Of a stretch of 62,983 nt of DNA, positions 57,501-62,983 are shown piece by piece. The stretch's first letter is position 1, and each line of letters begins with the position of its first letter. Position numbers and translations under genes: made by a program. The stretch covers positions 1 through 62,983 of the forward strand of contig JBLHVR010000001.1 of assembly GCA_047628655.1 (NCBI GenBank), read 5' to 3'. Origin of the DNA: Lentimonas sp. (GTDB lineage: Bacteria > Pseudomonadota > Alphaproteobacteria > Rickettsiales > UBA1997). The notes under the pieces were generated by a model that saw only the letters and a program-made list of their open reading frames with translations, was not told the DNA's origin and did not search any database.

Positions 57501-59376
57501 CATCGGAAGCGTTAATGGGAGTCATAACATAAAAGGTTACTGAACAACTTCCTGAGGCAAAGCTATCGAATCTGGCGGGAACGCTTGTAATGTTAAAAAC
57601 TGCAGAACCATCTCCCAAAGAAGAAGTTGTGCTAAGTCCACTACAAACACCAGCTCCACTGACAGTAGTTAAAGTAGGTGTGTAGTTAACACCGTCAATT
57701 ATTCCTGTTAAAAAAGTGCCACTATCCAAACTGTCAGTAATTGCCAAATTACTAATTGTAGAGTTTTTCCAATTTTGAACTGTCAAAACATATCTAACTG
57801 GCTCTCCCGGAGCTGGATTTGCTGGAAATACTTGTTTACTAACATTTAAATCATCAGCGATCAATAAAGAGGCAGAGGTAGAATCTTGAACGAAAACCCC
57901 TGTTGTTAACGTAGTAATATCTGCTTTCTGAATTTCGTGAGTAACAGCAAGAGGAATTCCAGCAACTGCAATAGTGCCAGTATATTCAAGTGTAATTGTG
58001 CAAGTTTCACCAGCGGCAATTGTGGTATCTGCTGCGCTCAAAATTCCATCTCCAACATGTTCAATTCCGGCTCCACCACCAACTATGCTGTATGTGCCAC
58101 CTGATCCAGTTCCTGAACAAACAACTGGTTGAATATTATCGATCACTATTCCATTGGAAACTCCTCCATCAATTGGGTTATCAATAAATTCATCAATAGT
58201 TATGTCAGAATCACCATTATTGGCAAAAGTAATAGTTAAAGTATCAGACTGTCCACTCGCAATTGATGGATTATTAAAGGCGGTAGAAACTACAAGAGGA
58301 GATCTAGTGCGAATTCTAGCTGTTGCATTAGCAGGAACAAAACCAATATCACTATCAAAATCAGTAGAACCATTAATTGTGTTGGTTTCACGAGGAGTTT
58401 GATAACCACCATTAGTGTGGTTTGCTTCCACATAAACTAATATTGTACAAGATTCACCTGCAGCAATTGTTCCAGAATCTACACTTACAGAAGTATCTCC
58501 AATAACCACGGCTGGGTTAAAGATTGGCGCAATTCCAGATCCAGTGCAAGTAGGAGCAGCAGGAATTGAGGCGATTTTAATTATTCCTAAAGAATTTAAA
58601 ACTGGAAAAGTGTCAGAAACACTAAAATTTTCTACAGGGAAGATATTAGGATTGGCAACAGTAATAGTTAATGTTCGAACTGCTCCACCAAGAATTGCAA
58701 CATTATTACTAAAAGATTTGCTTATGGTTGGAAGTAAAATAGCGGCAACATTAACACTTTGACTTACTGATCCTTGGTTTTTCACTGTAGAGCCGTTATC
58801 ATCACCCATTACAGACTCATCATCAATTGTGTAACTATAACTTGTTGCCACAGCATCAGAAGTTCCTGCAGTTACTGGAACATAAATTGAGCATGACCCA
58901 TCCGCACCGCCGATTGATTGTGGAGGAATTGATATAGGTGGCGTTGCATTATCTATTTCAATTTCCTGACCCCCAATTGTCGCTCCTAAAATTCCCGATG
59001 TGTTATTAGCCGCATTACCAGGATCAATACATTTAAACTTTGGTATTCCGGCAATTTTTAAACCATTTGGTAAGGTTCCAGGAAGAAATTTTCCGATTTT
59101 TGCACCATCAAAACTAAGACTAGTGACCGGATCAGAAACATTATTGTTAGAAAGCGTTATCCTAAGTAAGGTACTAGTACCAGGATTAATGGAAGATGGG
59201 GCGCTAGGGAAAAACTCTGGAAACTCTGTTTCAAGAAATGGGTCTGTAAGTGTGGTTTGGTCTCTAGGAATTGTTACTCCAGCACCAATGCCGGCAAAGG
59301 ACATGTTGGCGCTTAAAATAAAACAAGAGAAACTAAAGACAAATAGAGCTGTCGTAAGTAATTTTCTTAATAACAA
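51523..59376 (-). CDS. Giant (2,617 aa) secreted repeat protein / putative adhesin (Cys-pair Ig-like modules, SdrD-B/Cna-B-like and DUF11-like domains)
   Basis: Uninterrupted 7.85-kb ORF with a TTG start and signal peptide (...FILSANMSFA). It has ten tandem ~115-130-aa modules, each with a ...(T)TC.G...C... Cys pair. Five SdrD-B-like units follow the pattern ISG.VF.D.N.NG...G...V.L.....TD..G.Y.F..L..G.Y. Two classic DUF11-like units are present (LTIAKSHNPS...; VVVTKTSPLINV...PGFKYVEGS). Confidence 0.88.
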   Translation of the reverse strand: MLLRKLLTTALFVFSFSCFILSANMSFAGIGAGVTIPRDQTTLTDPFLETEFPEFFPSAPSSINPGTSTLLRITLSNNNVSDPVTSLSFDGAKIGKFLPGTLPNGLKIAGIPKFKCIDPGNAANNTSGILGATIGGQEIEIDNATPPISIPPQSIGGADGSCSIYVPVTAGTSDAVATSYSYTIDDESVMGDDNGSTVKNQGSVSQSVNVAAILLPTISKSFSNNVAILGGAVRTLTITVANPNIFPVENFSVSDTFPVLNSLGIIKIASIPAAPTCTGSGIAPIFNPAVVIGDTSVSVDSGTIAAGESCTILVYVEANHTNGGYQTPRETNTINGSTDFDSDIGFVPANATARIRTRSPLVVSTAFNNPSIASGQSDTLTITFANNGDSDITIDEFIDNPIDGGVSNGIVIDNIQPVVCSGTGSGGTYSIVGGGAGIEHVGDGILSAADTTIAAGETCTITLEYTGTIAVAGIPLAVTHEIQKADITTLTTGVFVQDSTSASLLIADDLNVSKQVFPANPAPGEPVRYVLTVQNWKNSTISNLAITDSLDSGTFLTGIIDGVNYTPTLTTVSGAGVCSGLSTTSSLGDGSAVFNITSVPARFDSFASGSCSVTFYVMTPINASDGDSITNTLGAGSVCYNSGGVDICNGGASNTTDTTVDGDILTITKSFDPAGPLNEGVVTRMTMELSNASANALTNASISDSLPSAVSGGGQMKISSPANASSTCVGASITATADSNSITMNSATIPERLDSGFGSKGTCKLEVDVVAAAGIYNNFAVADATHNRADSTSASTGAISNTANIAFSSTIEASKTFEPDTVSSGGNSTVRIRLSNSGNVGITNLSLTDPLPTGMVLANPFSASTTCGGVPSFSGVAGNSSITVSGITIGGNATCDVLFNVNATGNSDWVNTIPVGNITADGNISNQSPIVGPLKFSAGVGVSLSKTAQPSIITFPGQVSKLVVEITAGSTALTNLSVTDYFTVDGTSGGALNGMRIAPNPQKSTTCSGGTVVATSNGTSLSVSGITLPASTIVPAFTSSCTFSANIISIQPVGITNTIPVGAISSDQGLSNASLAQGNLNTQTSIGITKNFTPNNIKPGERSRLKVTLVNPTVNPASNASVTDTLEGGLTLAENPNITTTCSGATISSTSTSVTISGATIPAASGSSPTRCSFEADVTAAVQGDYPNTIPAEALVATLGGQEGNNAEPATDILRVKSPLEIHLAIDSKTLDLGNPVTFTTGDATSTAGTPKTMTIAITNPNSSELTNVALTNALPANLAISQTPNASTTCTGGSVSAPASGTSIALTGATVSGISTCTITVDVVSNIFGTHTDSIPAGNVTSFEGVTNEEPTSAQIIISNPPVISKEFSPAVMSAGGVSKLTISLSNDNSAAITLTSDLVDSLPTSPGNLVIHGTPALDQGTCIGTVTASGDKVTVSSGLSIPSGGCQISVNVTATTVGTYINNIPAAALKTTAGNNQQPTNATLDVSTAGFISGKVFKDNDTSPNGTFDFGTDEIISSVSIELRSGATCAGSLLDTKVTDVGGNYLFFNLSAGIYSVCQNAQPTGTINGITSKGAIVSSNGSTGDPGGALNPTSTTSQITGIDLKGDGVASEISGSVDNNFAEVVPSTISGTVFLDENNNGVQNGADDRISGVTIQLLNSSDDFIDDKETDSDGNYSFADIEPGTYSILQPTQPANSNNGLTVAGTVLNGGTSGTATGVLVTPSKISSIILPPNVTTSGNNFAEIPNSKTISGSIFLDYDNDGLENNSDYGLNNITLKLTGTDSNGNSVVSQSVTTNSSGIFSFTGLPAGTYTIDQLSQPTGTTNGTTTVGSSGTASSPTTTSSRIASIDIANSDTVSGGYNFAEVPDNTVDLTIAKSHNPSSFGEYSSTGVFTIVVDNIGSVATSGAITVVDTLPAGITIAEVVSADGWSCSGAAGTSTLTCTTNSVVNGGVTAKAIKLRVTVANGTLGQVLINNVTVSGGNETKGFQGNNSASDSVGISSTATVSGRVWLDDNQDQIFGVGERDLSGWKVELILNGSVVQTATTASDGTYTLSGIAPGAGYNIQFRQPNTNMIFGGAVTNENGVDINGGGTITTDNPSGADVKNHILENMQLSAGDNITHQSLPLDPSGVVYDSTTRDPIENAVITISYSGTGTFTPADDLVSGSSAFTTGSSGFYQFLLNPSAPNGDYTLTITTYPSGYNNAPSTSIPVCTNKIIAGTIINPANIQSSSSAPVVGITPHDEDSCIGNTDSLIGTNQDTTQYFKTFDITLATSAEIFNNHIPLDPATSNSVVVTKTSPLINVSVGSLVPYKIKVENTTNIVFNNSMIVDTMPPGFKYVEGSASIDGISKEPIKNGRVLTWTGNNLAAKSIIEVNMLLVVGTGVQTGKYDNRAYILDSTGSNTISNVGIATVNVVPDPIFDCSEIIGKVFDDTNNSGYHDEGEVGIPNVRVVTVNGLLVTTDDYGRFHVACAQIPDADRGSNFIMKLDTRTLPSGYKVSSENPRVVRLTRGKMTKLNFGASLSKTLQLDLKDEAFEKGSVSLKKEWAKALATIHEKIKEGVTLVKINYQKEKSEDKKLSKQRLKETSGKIKDSIKDCCENTKVKKKLIKKEDAR

Positions 59377-59546
59377 TGTGAGAAATTATTTGAAATAATA
59401 AATAAAATTTTTTTAAAATAGTTCATTAAGTTTATTAATCAATCACACTATTATTTAAATAATAGCCTAAATTTATTTTGCATTTGAACCAATGGGAATT
59501 TAGATTTGCGAGCCATAAAATATCAATCAGAGCATAAATTAGAATA

Positions 59547-60851
59547 ATGACAAAAATAGCAATTATTGGAACCGGTTATGTCGGCCTAGTTTCTGGGCTT
59601 TGCTTCGCCAAAATTGGACATAATGTAATTTGTGTTGATTCCAATAAAGATAAAATAAACCAATTAAATAACGGTGAAATTCCAATTTATGAACCCGGTT
59701 TAAAAGGAGTTCTAAATGAAGCATCTTTAAACAAAAAAATTACCTTTACTGATGATTTAAACAAAGCAGTTCAAAATTGCGAAGCCGTATTTATTGCAGT
59801 TGGAACGCCACAAGATGAAGAAACTGGCAAAGCAGATTTATCTTTCGTTTATGCAGTGGCCAAACAAATTTCCCAAAATATCAATTCCCACAAAGTAATT
59901 GTCACCAAATCTACCGTTCCAGTTGGCACAAATCACGAAATCAAAAAAATCATTAAAAAAAATAATGAAAATGCCGATTTTTCTGTGGTTTCTAATCCAG
60001 AATTTTTAAGAGAAGGATCAGCAATTGACGATTTCCTGCGCCCAGACCGTATTGTGATTGGCTGTGAAGATGAAAAATCTAAAGAAGTAATGACTGAAAT
60101 TTATAATCATTTTAAAAATTCAGCACCAATAGTTTTCACCGACATAAAAACCGCTGAAATGATTAAATATGCTTCTAATTCATTTCTAGCGATGAAAATT
60201 TGTTTCATTAATGAAATTGCCAATTTGTGCGAAAAAGTAGGAGCAGATGTTCGTCAATTAAGTAAAGCAATTGGTTTAGATTGCCGAATTGGTGGAAAAT
60301 TCCTCAATGCCGGCCCCGGATTCGGCGGATCTTGCTTCCCCAAAGACATTATTGCACTAGAAAATATTGCCAAAGAAAATGGCACCCATCTTTCATTAAT
60401 CAGCTCAACAATAAGCTCTAACAATGCCAGAAAAGTTCAAATGGCCAAAAAAATCATTTCGGCAAATGGCAATAATGTTGAAGATAAAACTATTGCAGTT
60501 CTAGGTTTAGCCTTTAAAGGAAACACCGACGATGTTCGTTACAGCCCATCTTTAGTAATTATTAAGGAATTATTAGAGGCAGGAGCCAGAATTAACGCCT
60601 ACGACCCTCAAGCAACAGAAAACACCAAAAAAGAATTGGGAGAAAATTTCAAAATCAAATATTTCGAAAATCCCTATGAGGCCATTGAAAATGTTGATTC
60701 AACTGTAATTACCACTGAATGGGAAGAATTTAGAAATTTAAATTTGGAGAAAATAAAAAAATTACAAAAAAGTAATGTGATTGTTGATTTGAGAAATATG
60801 CTTGATCCTAAGGAAGCCACTAAAAATGGTTTTAGATATTTTTCTATTTAA
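59547..60851 (+). CDS. ugd: UDP-glucose 6-dehydrogenase
   Basis: IAIIGTGYVGLVSG Rossmann motif, NPEFLREGSAI, catalytic GFGGSCFPKD. Confidence 0.94.
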   Translation: MTKIAIIGTGYVGLVSGLCFAKIGHNVICVDSNKDKINQLNNGEIPIYEPGLKGVLNEASLNKKITFTDDLNKAVQNCEAVFIAVGTPQDEETGKADLSFVYAVAKQISQNINSHKVIVTKSTVPVGTNHEIKKIIKKNNENADFSVVSNPEFLREGSAIDDFLRPDRIVIGCEDEKSKEVMTEIYNHFKNSAPIVFTDIKTAEMIKYASNSFLAMKICFINEIANLCEKVGADVRQLSKAIGLDCRIGGKFLNAGPGFGGSCFPKDIIALENIAKENGTHLSLISSTISSNNARKVQMAKKIISANGNNVEDKTIAVLGLAFKGNTDDVRYSPSLVIIKELLEAGARINAYDPQATENTKKELGENFKIKYFENPYEAIENVDSTVITTEWEEFRNLNLEKIKKLQKSNVIVDLRNMLDPKEATKNGFRYFSI

Positions 60852-60856
60852 ATTTT

Positions 60857-60931
60857 GCTCCCGTAGCTCAGGGGATAGAGCATTGGTTTCCTAAACCATG
60901 TGCGCATGTTCGAATCATGCCGGGAGCACCA
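60857..60931 (+). tRNA. tRNA-Arg (anticodon CCU), CCA encoded
   Basis: Hand-folded cloverleaf: acceptor GCTCCCG/CGGGAGC, D-arm GCTC-AGGGGATA-GAGC, anticodon arm TTGGT-TTCCTAA-ACCAT (one T-T at 27:43), variable GTGC, T-arm GCATG-TTCGAAT-CATGC, then ACCA. 75 nt. Confidence 0.88.
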
Positions 60932-60933
60932 GA

Positions 60934-61716
60934 TTATTTTTTAAGATGTTTTTCAGTGGGAAATTTACCATTCCTCACTTCTTGACAAAAATCCTGAACA
61001 GCTCTCTCAATTTCCTCACTTAAATTCGCGAATCTTTTAACAAATTTAGGCTGAAATTCACAATTAATTCCTAAAATATCATCAATTACCAAAACTTGAC
61101 CATCACAATTATTTGAAGCTCCAATTCCAATAGTGGGAATTTTTAATAATTTAGTAATTTTAGATGCCAAAATTTCTGGAACTGCTTCAATTACAATTGC
61201 AAAAACTCCTATTTTTTCCAATTCTAAAGCAATTTCTAAAATTTCTTGAGCCGATTTTTCATCTTTTCCTTGATATTTGTAATCTTTATTTTCCTGAACT
61301 TTTTGCGGCAAAAGACCAATGTGACCCATGATTGGAATTTGATTTTCTAGTAAAAATTTAACAATTGGAATTAAATCTTTGGTGACTTCAATTTTTAAAG
61401 CGTCGCAAGCAGTTTCTTTTAATATTTTTTGAGAAGTTTCTAAAGCTTGTTCCTTCGATTCTTCGAATGATCCAAATGGAATGTCAACCACAATTAATGC
61501 TTTTTTAGCTGCTCTTTTCACTGCCTTTCCATGTTCAATCATCATTTGAACTGAAACACCTCTAGTGTTTTCCATGCCATAAATTGCCATTCCTAGAGAA
61601 TCTCCCACCAAAATTACATCACAATGTTTATCCACAATTTTAGCAATTGGGTAAGTGTAGGCTGTGAGGCAAGTGATTTTTGATTTTTGATTTTGAAGAT
61701 TTGTTATTTTATTCAT
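60934..61716 (-). CDS. panB: 3-methyl-2-oxobutanoate hydroxymethyltransferase
   Basis: 260 aa with CLTAYTYPIA, VGDSLGMAIYG, VVDIPFGS, ALKIE, GHIGLLPQ. Confidence 0.93.
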   Translation of the reverse strand: MNKITNLQNQKSKITCLTAYTYPIAKIVDKHCDVILVGDSLGMAIYGMENTRGVSVQMMIEHGKAVKRAAKKALIVVDIPFGSFEESKEQALETSQKILKETACDALKIEVTKDLIPIVKFLLENQIPIMGHIGLLPQKVQENKDYKYQGKDEKSAQEILEIALELEKIGVFAIVIEAVPEILASKITKLLKIPTIGIGASNNCDGQVLVIDDILGINCEFQPKFVKRFANLSEEIERAVQDFCQEVRNGKFPTEKHLKK

Positions 61717-61722
61717 TTTTAC

Positions 61723-62754
61723 TTAAAAATTTCTAACTAAATCAATAACTTTTTGAACATTTTCAATTGGAGTGTGAGGTAAAACTCCATGACCTAAGTT
61801 GAAAATAAAAGGTTTATTTTCAAAATTTTGTAAAATTTCTAAAACTTCTTTTTCAATTTGTTGATGAGTTCCATTAGCTAATAAAATATTATCTAAATTT
61901 CCTTGAATAATTTTATTGTGCTTTTCTTGTAAAACTTCTTTTGCCCATTTTTTAGGTAAAATTTGATCAATTGCAAGTGCCACATTTTTGGTTTTTTTGG
62001 CTACCATTTCGTAATTCACTCCAGCACTTCTGGTAAATAAAATTATTGGAAAATCAGGATATTTATTTCTGACATTTTCAATAATTTTTTCATTGGGTTT
62101 CATTACCCATTTTTCAAATTCTATTTCTGGTAAAATACCTGCCCAAGAATCAAAAATTTTAACAACTTCTACTCCTGCTTCAATTTGATTAAATAAATAT
62201 TTTGAAATTGATTCTACTAAAATTTCAATTAATTTTTCAAAAAATTGTGGGTTAGAAATTGCTAAAGTTCTAACATTCTCAAAATTCTTCGATCCCTTTC
62301 CCTCAACCATGTAAGTTGCAATAGTCCAAGGTGATCCTGAGAAACCAATAAGAGTTGTTTTTTTATCCAAATTAGACTTTACCCTATCAATGGTTTCAAA
62401 AACCGGTGAGAGGTGATTTTCAATGTTGTTTAAATTAAACTTTAAAAGGTCTTTTTCATTTAAAGTTTTTTGTAATTGTGGTCCTTCTCCTTTAACAAAT
62501 TCAACTTTAACTCCAAGTGCGTCTGGAATTACTAGAATGTCTGAAAATAAAATTGCTCCATCAAATTCAAATCTTTTAATTGGTTGTAGTGTAATTTCAC
62601 TAGCAAGTTTTGGGTTGTAACAAAGATCTAAAAAATTATCGGCATTTTTTCTAATCTCACGATATTCTGGTAAATATCTTCCTGCTTGACGCATCATCCA
62701 AATTGGAGGGGAAGAAAATTTTTCTCCTTGTAGTGTCTTTAATAATTTCTTCAT
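61723..62754 (-). CDS. hemE: Uroporphyrinogen decarboxylase
   Basis: PPIWMMRQAGRYLPEYR, ITLQPIKRFEFDGAILFSDILVIP, KIFDSWAG, IFNLGHGV. Confidence 0.95.
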   Translation of the reverse strand: MKKLLKTLQGEKFSSPPIWMMRQAGRYLPEYREIRKNADNFLDLCYNPKLASEITLQPIKRFEFDGAILFSDILVIPDALGVKVEFVKGEGPQLQKTLNEKDLLKFNLNNIENHLSPVFETIDRVKSNLDKKTTLIGFSGSPWTIATYMVEGKGSKNFENVRTLAISNPQFFEKLIEILVESISKYLFNQIEAGVEVVKIFDSWAGILPEIEFEKWVMKPNEKIIENVRNKYPDFPIILFTRSAGVNYEMVAKKTKNVALAIDQILPKKWAKEVLQEKHNKIIQGNLDNILLANGTHQQIEKEVLEILQNFENKPFIFNLGHGVLPHTPIENVQKVIDLVRNF

Positions 62755-62983
62755 TTAAATTAAATATTATTATTATTTATTAGTGTTGGTTTTTAGTTTA
62801 TTAAATTTTATTAACAGATTTATTAACAAATAAATTAATAAATAAAAATGTTAATAAACCTGTTAATAAATTTATTTTTAGCTTTTAAAATAAAGGATTC
62901 AACTTTTTCAAAACTTAAGTTAATAACTTTTTAATTAACAGAATATTTTTTAATGAATTTTAATTACCAACAAGTAATAAAAC
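62755..62983. other. Candidate chromosomal replication origin (partial; runs off the window) or hemE regulatory region
   Basis: Very AT-rich non-coding DNA directly upstream of hemE, containing the 9-mer array below plus one TTAA-N7-TTAA motif at 62920-62934. Confidence 0.4.
62808..62869. repeat. Four copies of the 9-mer TTATTAACA (two forward, two reverse), 12 bp apart within each pair
   Basis: Forward copies at 62808-62816 and 62820-62828. Reverse copies (TGTTAATAA) at 62849-62857 and 62861-62869. There is one mismatch to the relaxed DnaA-box consensus TTATNCACA. Two 8/9 copies lie further right (about 62920-62928 and 62932-62940). Confidence 0.7.

Noticed and set aside
52256-59398. Many plus-strand ORFs of 60-140 aa inside the giant gene, e.g. 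53495-53917, 55868-56176, 56609-57022, 57086-57460 and 59000-59398
   Set aside because: All are antisense to a continuous 7.85-kb ORF with clear domain structure. The T/S/G/A-rich codons of that gene give few stops on the opposite strand, and the translations are low-complexity (V/P/L/A-rich) with no motifs or ribosome-binding sites.
60857-60931. tRNA-Arg as the integration site of a genomic island
   Set aside because: There is no integrase and I could find no direct repeat of the tRNA 3' end near 44.2-46.2 kb. The tRNA 3' end faces panB/hemE (core genes) rather than the adhesin block. I kept it only as a weak contextual note.
62755-62983. CRISPR-like or tandem-repeat array, suggested by the periodic TTAA/TTAATAA motifs
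   Set aside because: The repeat units are only 9 nt with 12-bp spacing and mixed orientation, and no cas genes are present. This is consistent with protein-binding sites rather than a CRISPR array.

Overview
This is an AT-rich (about one-third G+C by eye, not computed), very gene-dense bacterial chromosome segment. Spacers are often 0-15 nt and there are many ATGA/TAATG start-stop overlaps. Protein motifs and local synteny (BolA-Grx4, NADP malic enzyme MaeB, split glycine dehydrogenase, PntB, VirB8/VirB9, hemE beside an AT-rich repeat region) suggest a streamlined alphaproteobacterium, possibly Rickettsiales-like; that placement is inference only. I call about 55 CDS, one tRNA-Arg(CCU), two pseudogene-like remnants, a few hairpins and one inverted-repeat-bounded insertion. 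I found no rRNA, CRISPR array, integrase, transposase or reverse transcriptase. About two-thirds of the genes are housekeeping: coaBC, pheS, rodA, tatB, secA, hslU, ispA, pntB, efp, nrdR, hisZ, metY, tkt, pssA, aroQ, maeB, gcvPB, tmk, znuB, nadC, miaA, ugd, panB, hemE. The regions worth a second look are these. (1) At 46.2-59.4 kb on the minus strand, a 2,617-aa secreted repeat protein is translationally coupled to a 1,172-aa predicted outer-membrane beta-barrel, followed by a 573-aa highly charged protein, with a Sel1-repeat lipoprotein next door. This layout does not match the secretion systems I know and is my best candidate for an undescribed export or anchoring system. (2) An 84-aa basic protein sits 2 nt upstream of an oversized glutathione-synthetase-like ATP-grasp enzyme. 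(3) An orphan virB8-virB9 pair is packed into a block with pheS and coaBC. (4) A roughly 1.1-kb insertion bounded by 51/64-nt imperfect inverted repeats carries a decayed ORF. (5) A DUF4160-DUF2442 pair is translationally coupled to gcvPB where gcvPA would normally be. (6) A lipoprotein secretin and a prepilin peptidase occur without pilins or ATPases. (7) A hemE-adjacent AT-rich region has four DnaA-box-like 9-mers and is a candidate oriC. Canonical partner genes are also repeatedly uncoupled across the window (pheS/pheT, tatB/tatC, hslU/hslV, pntB/pntA, gcvPB/gcvPA, znuB/znuAC). All family assignments come from reading motifs by eye; no database search was run.
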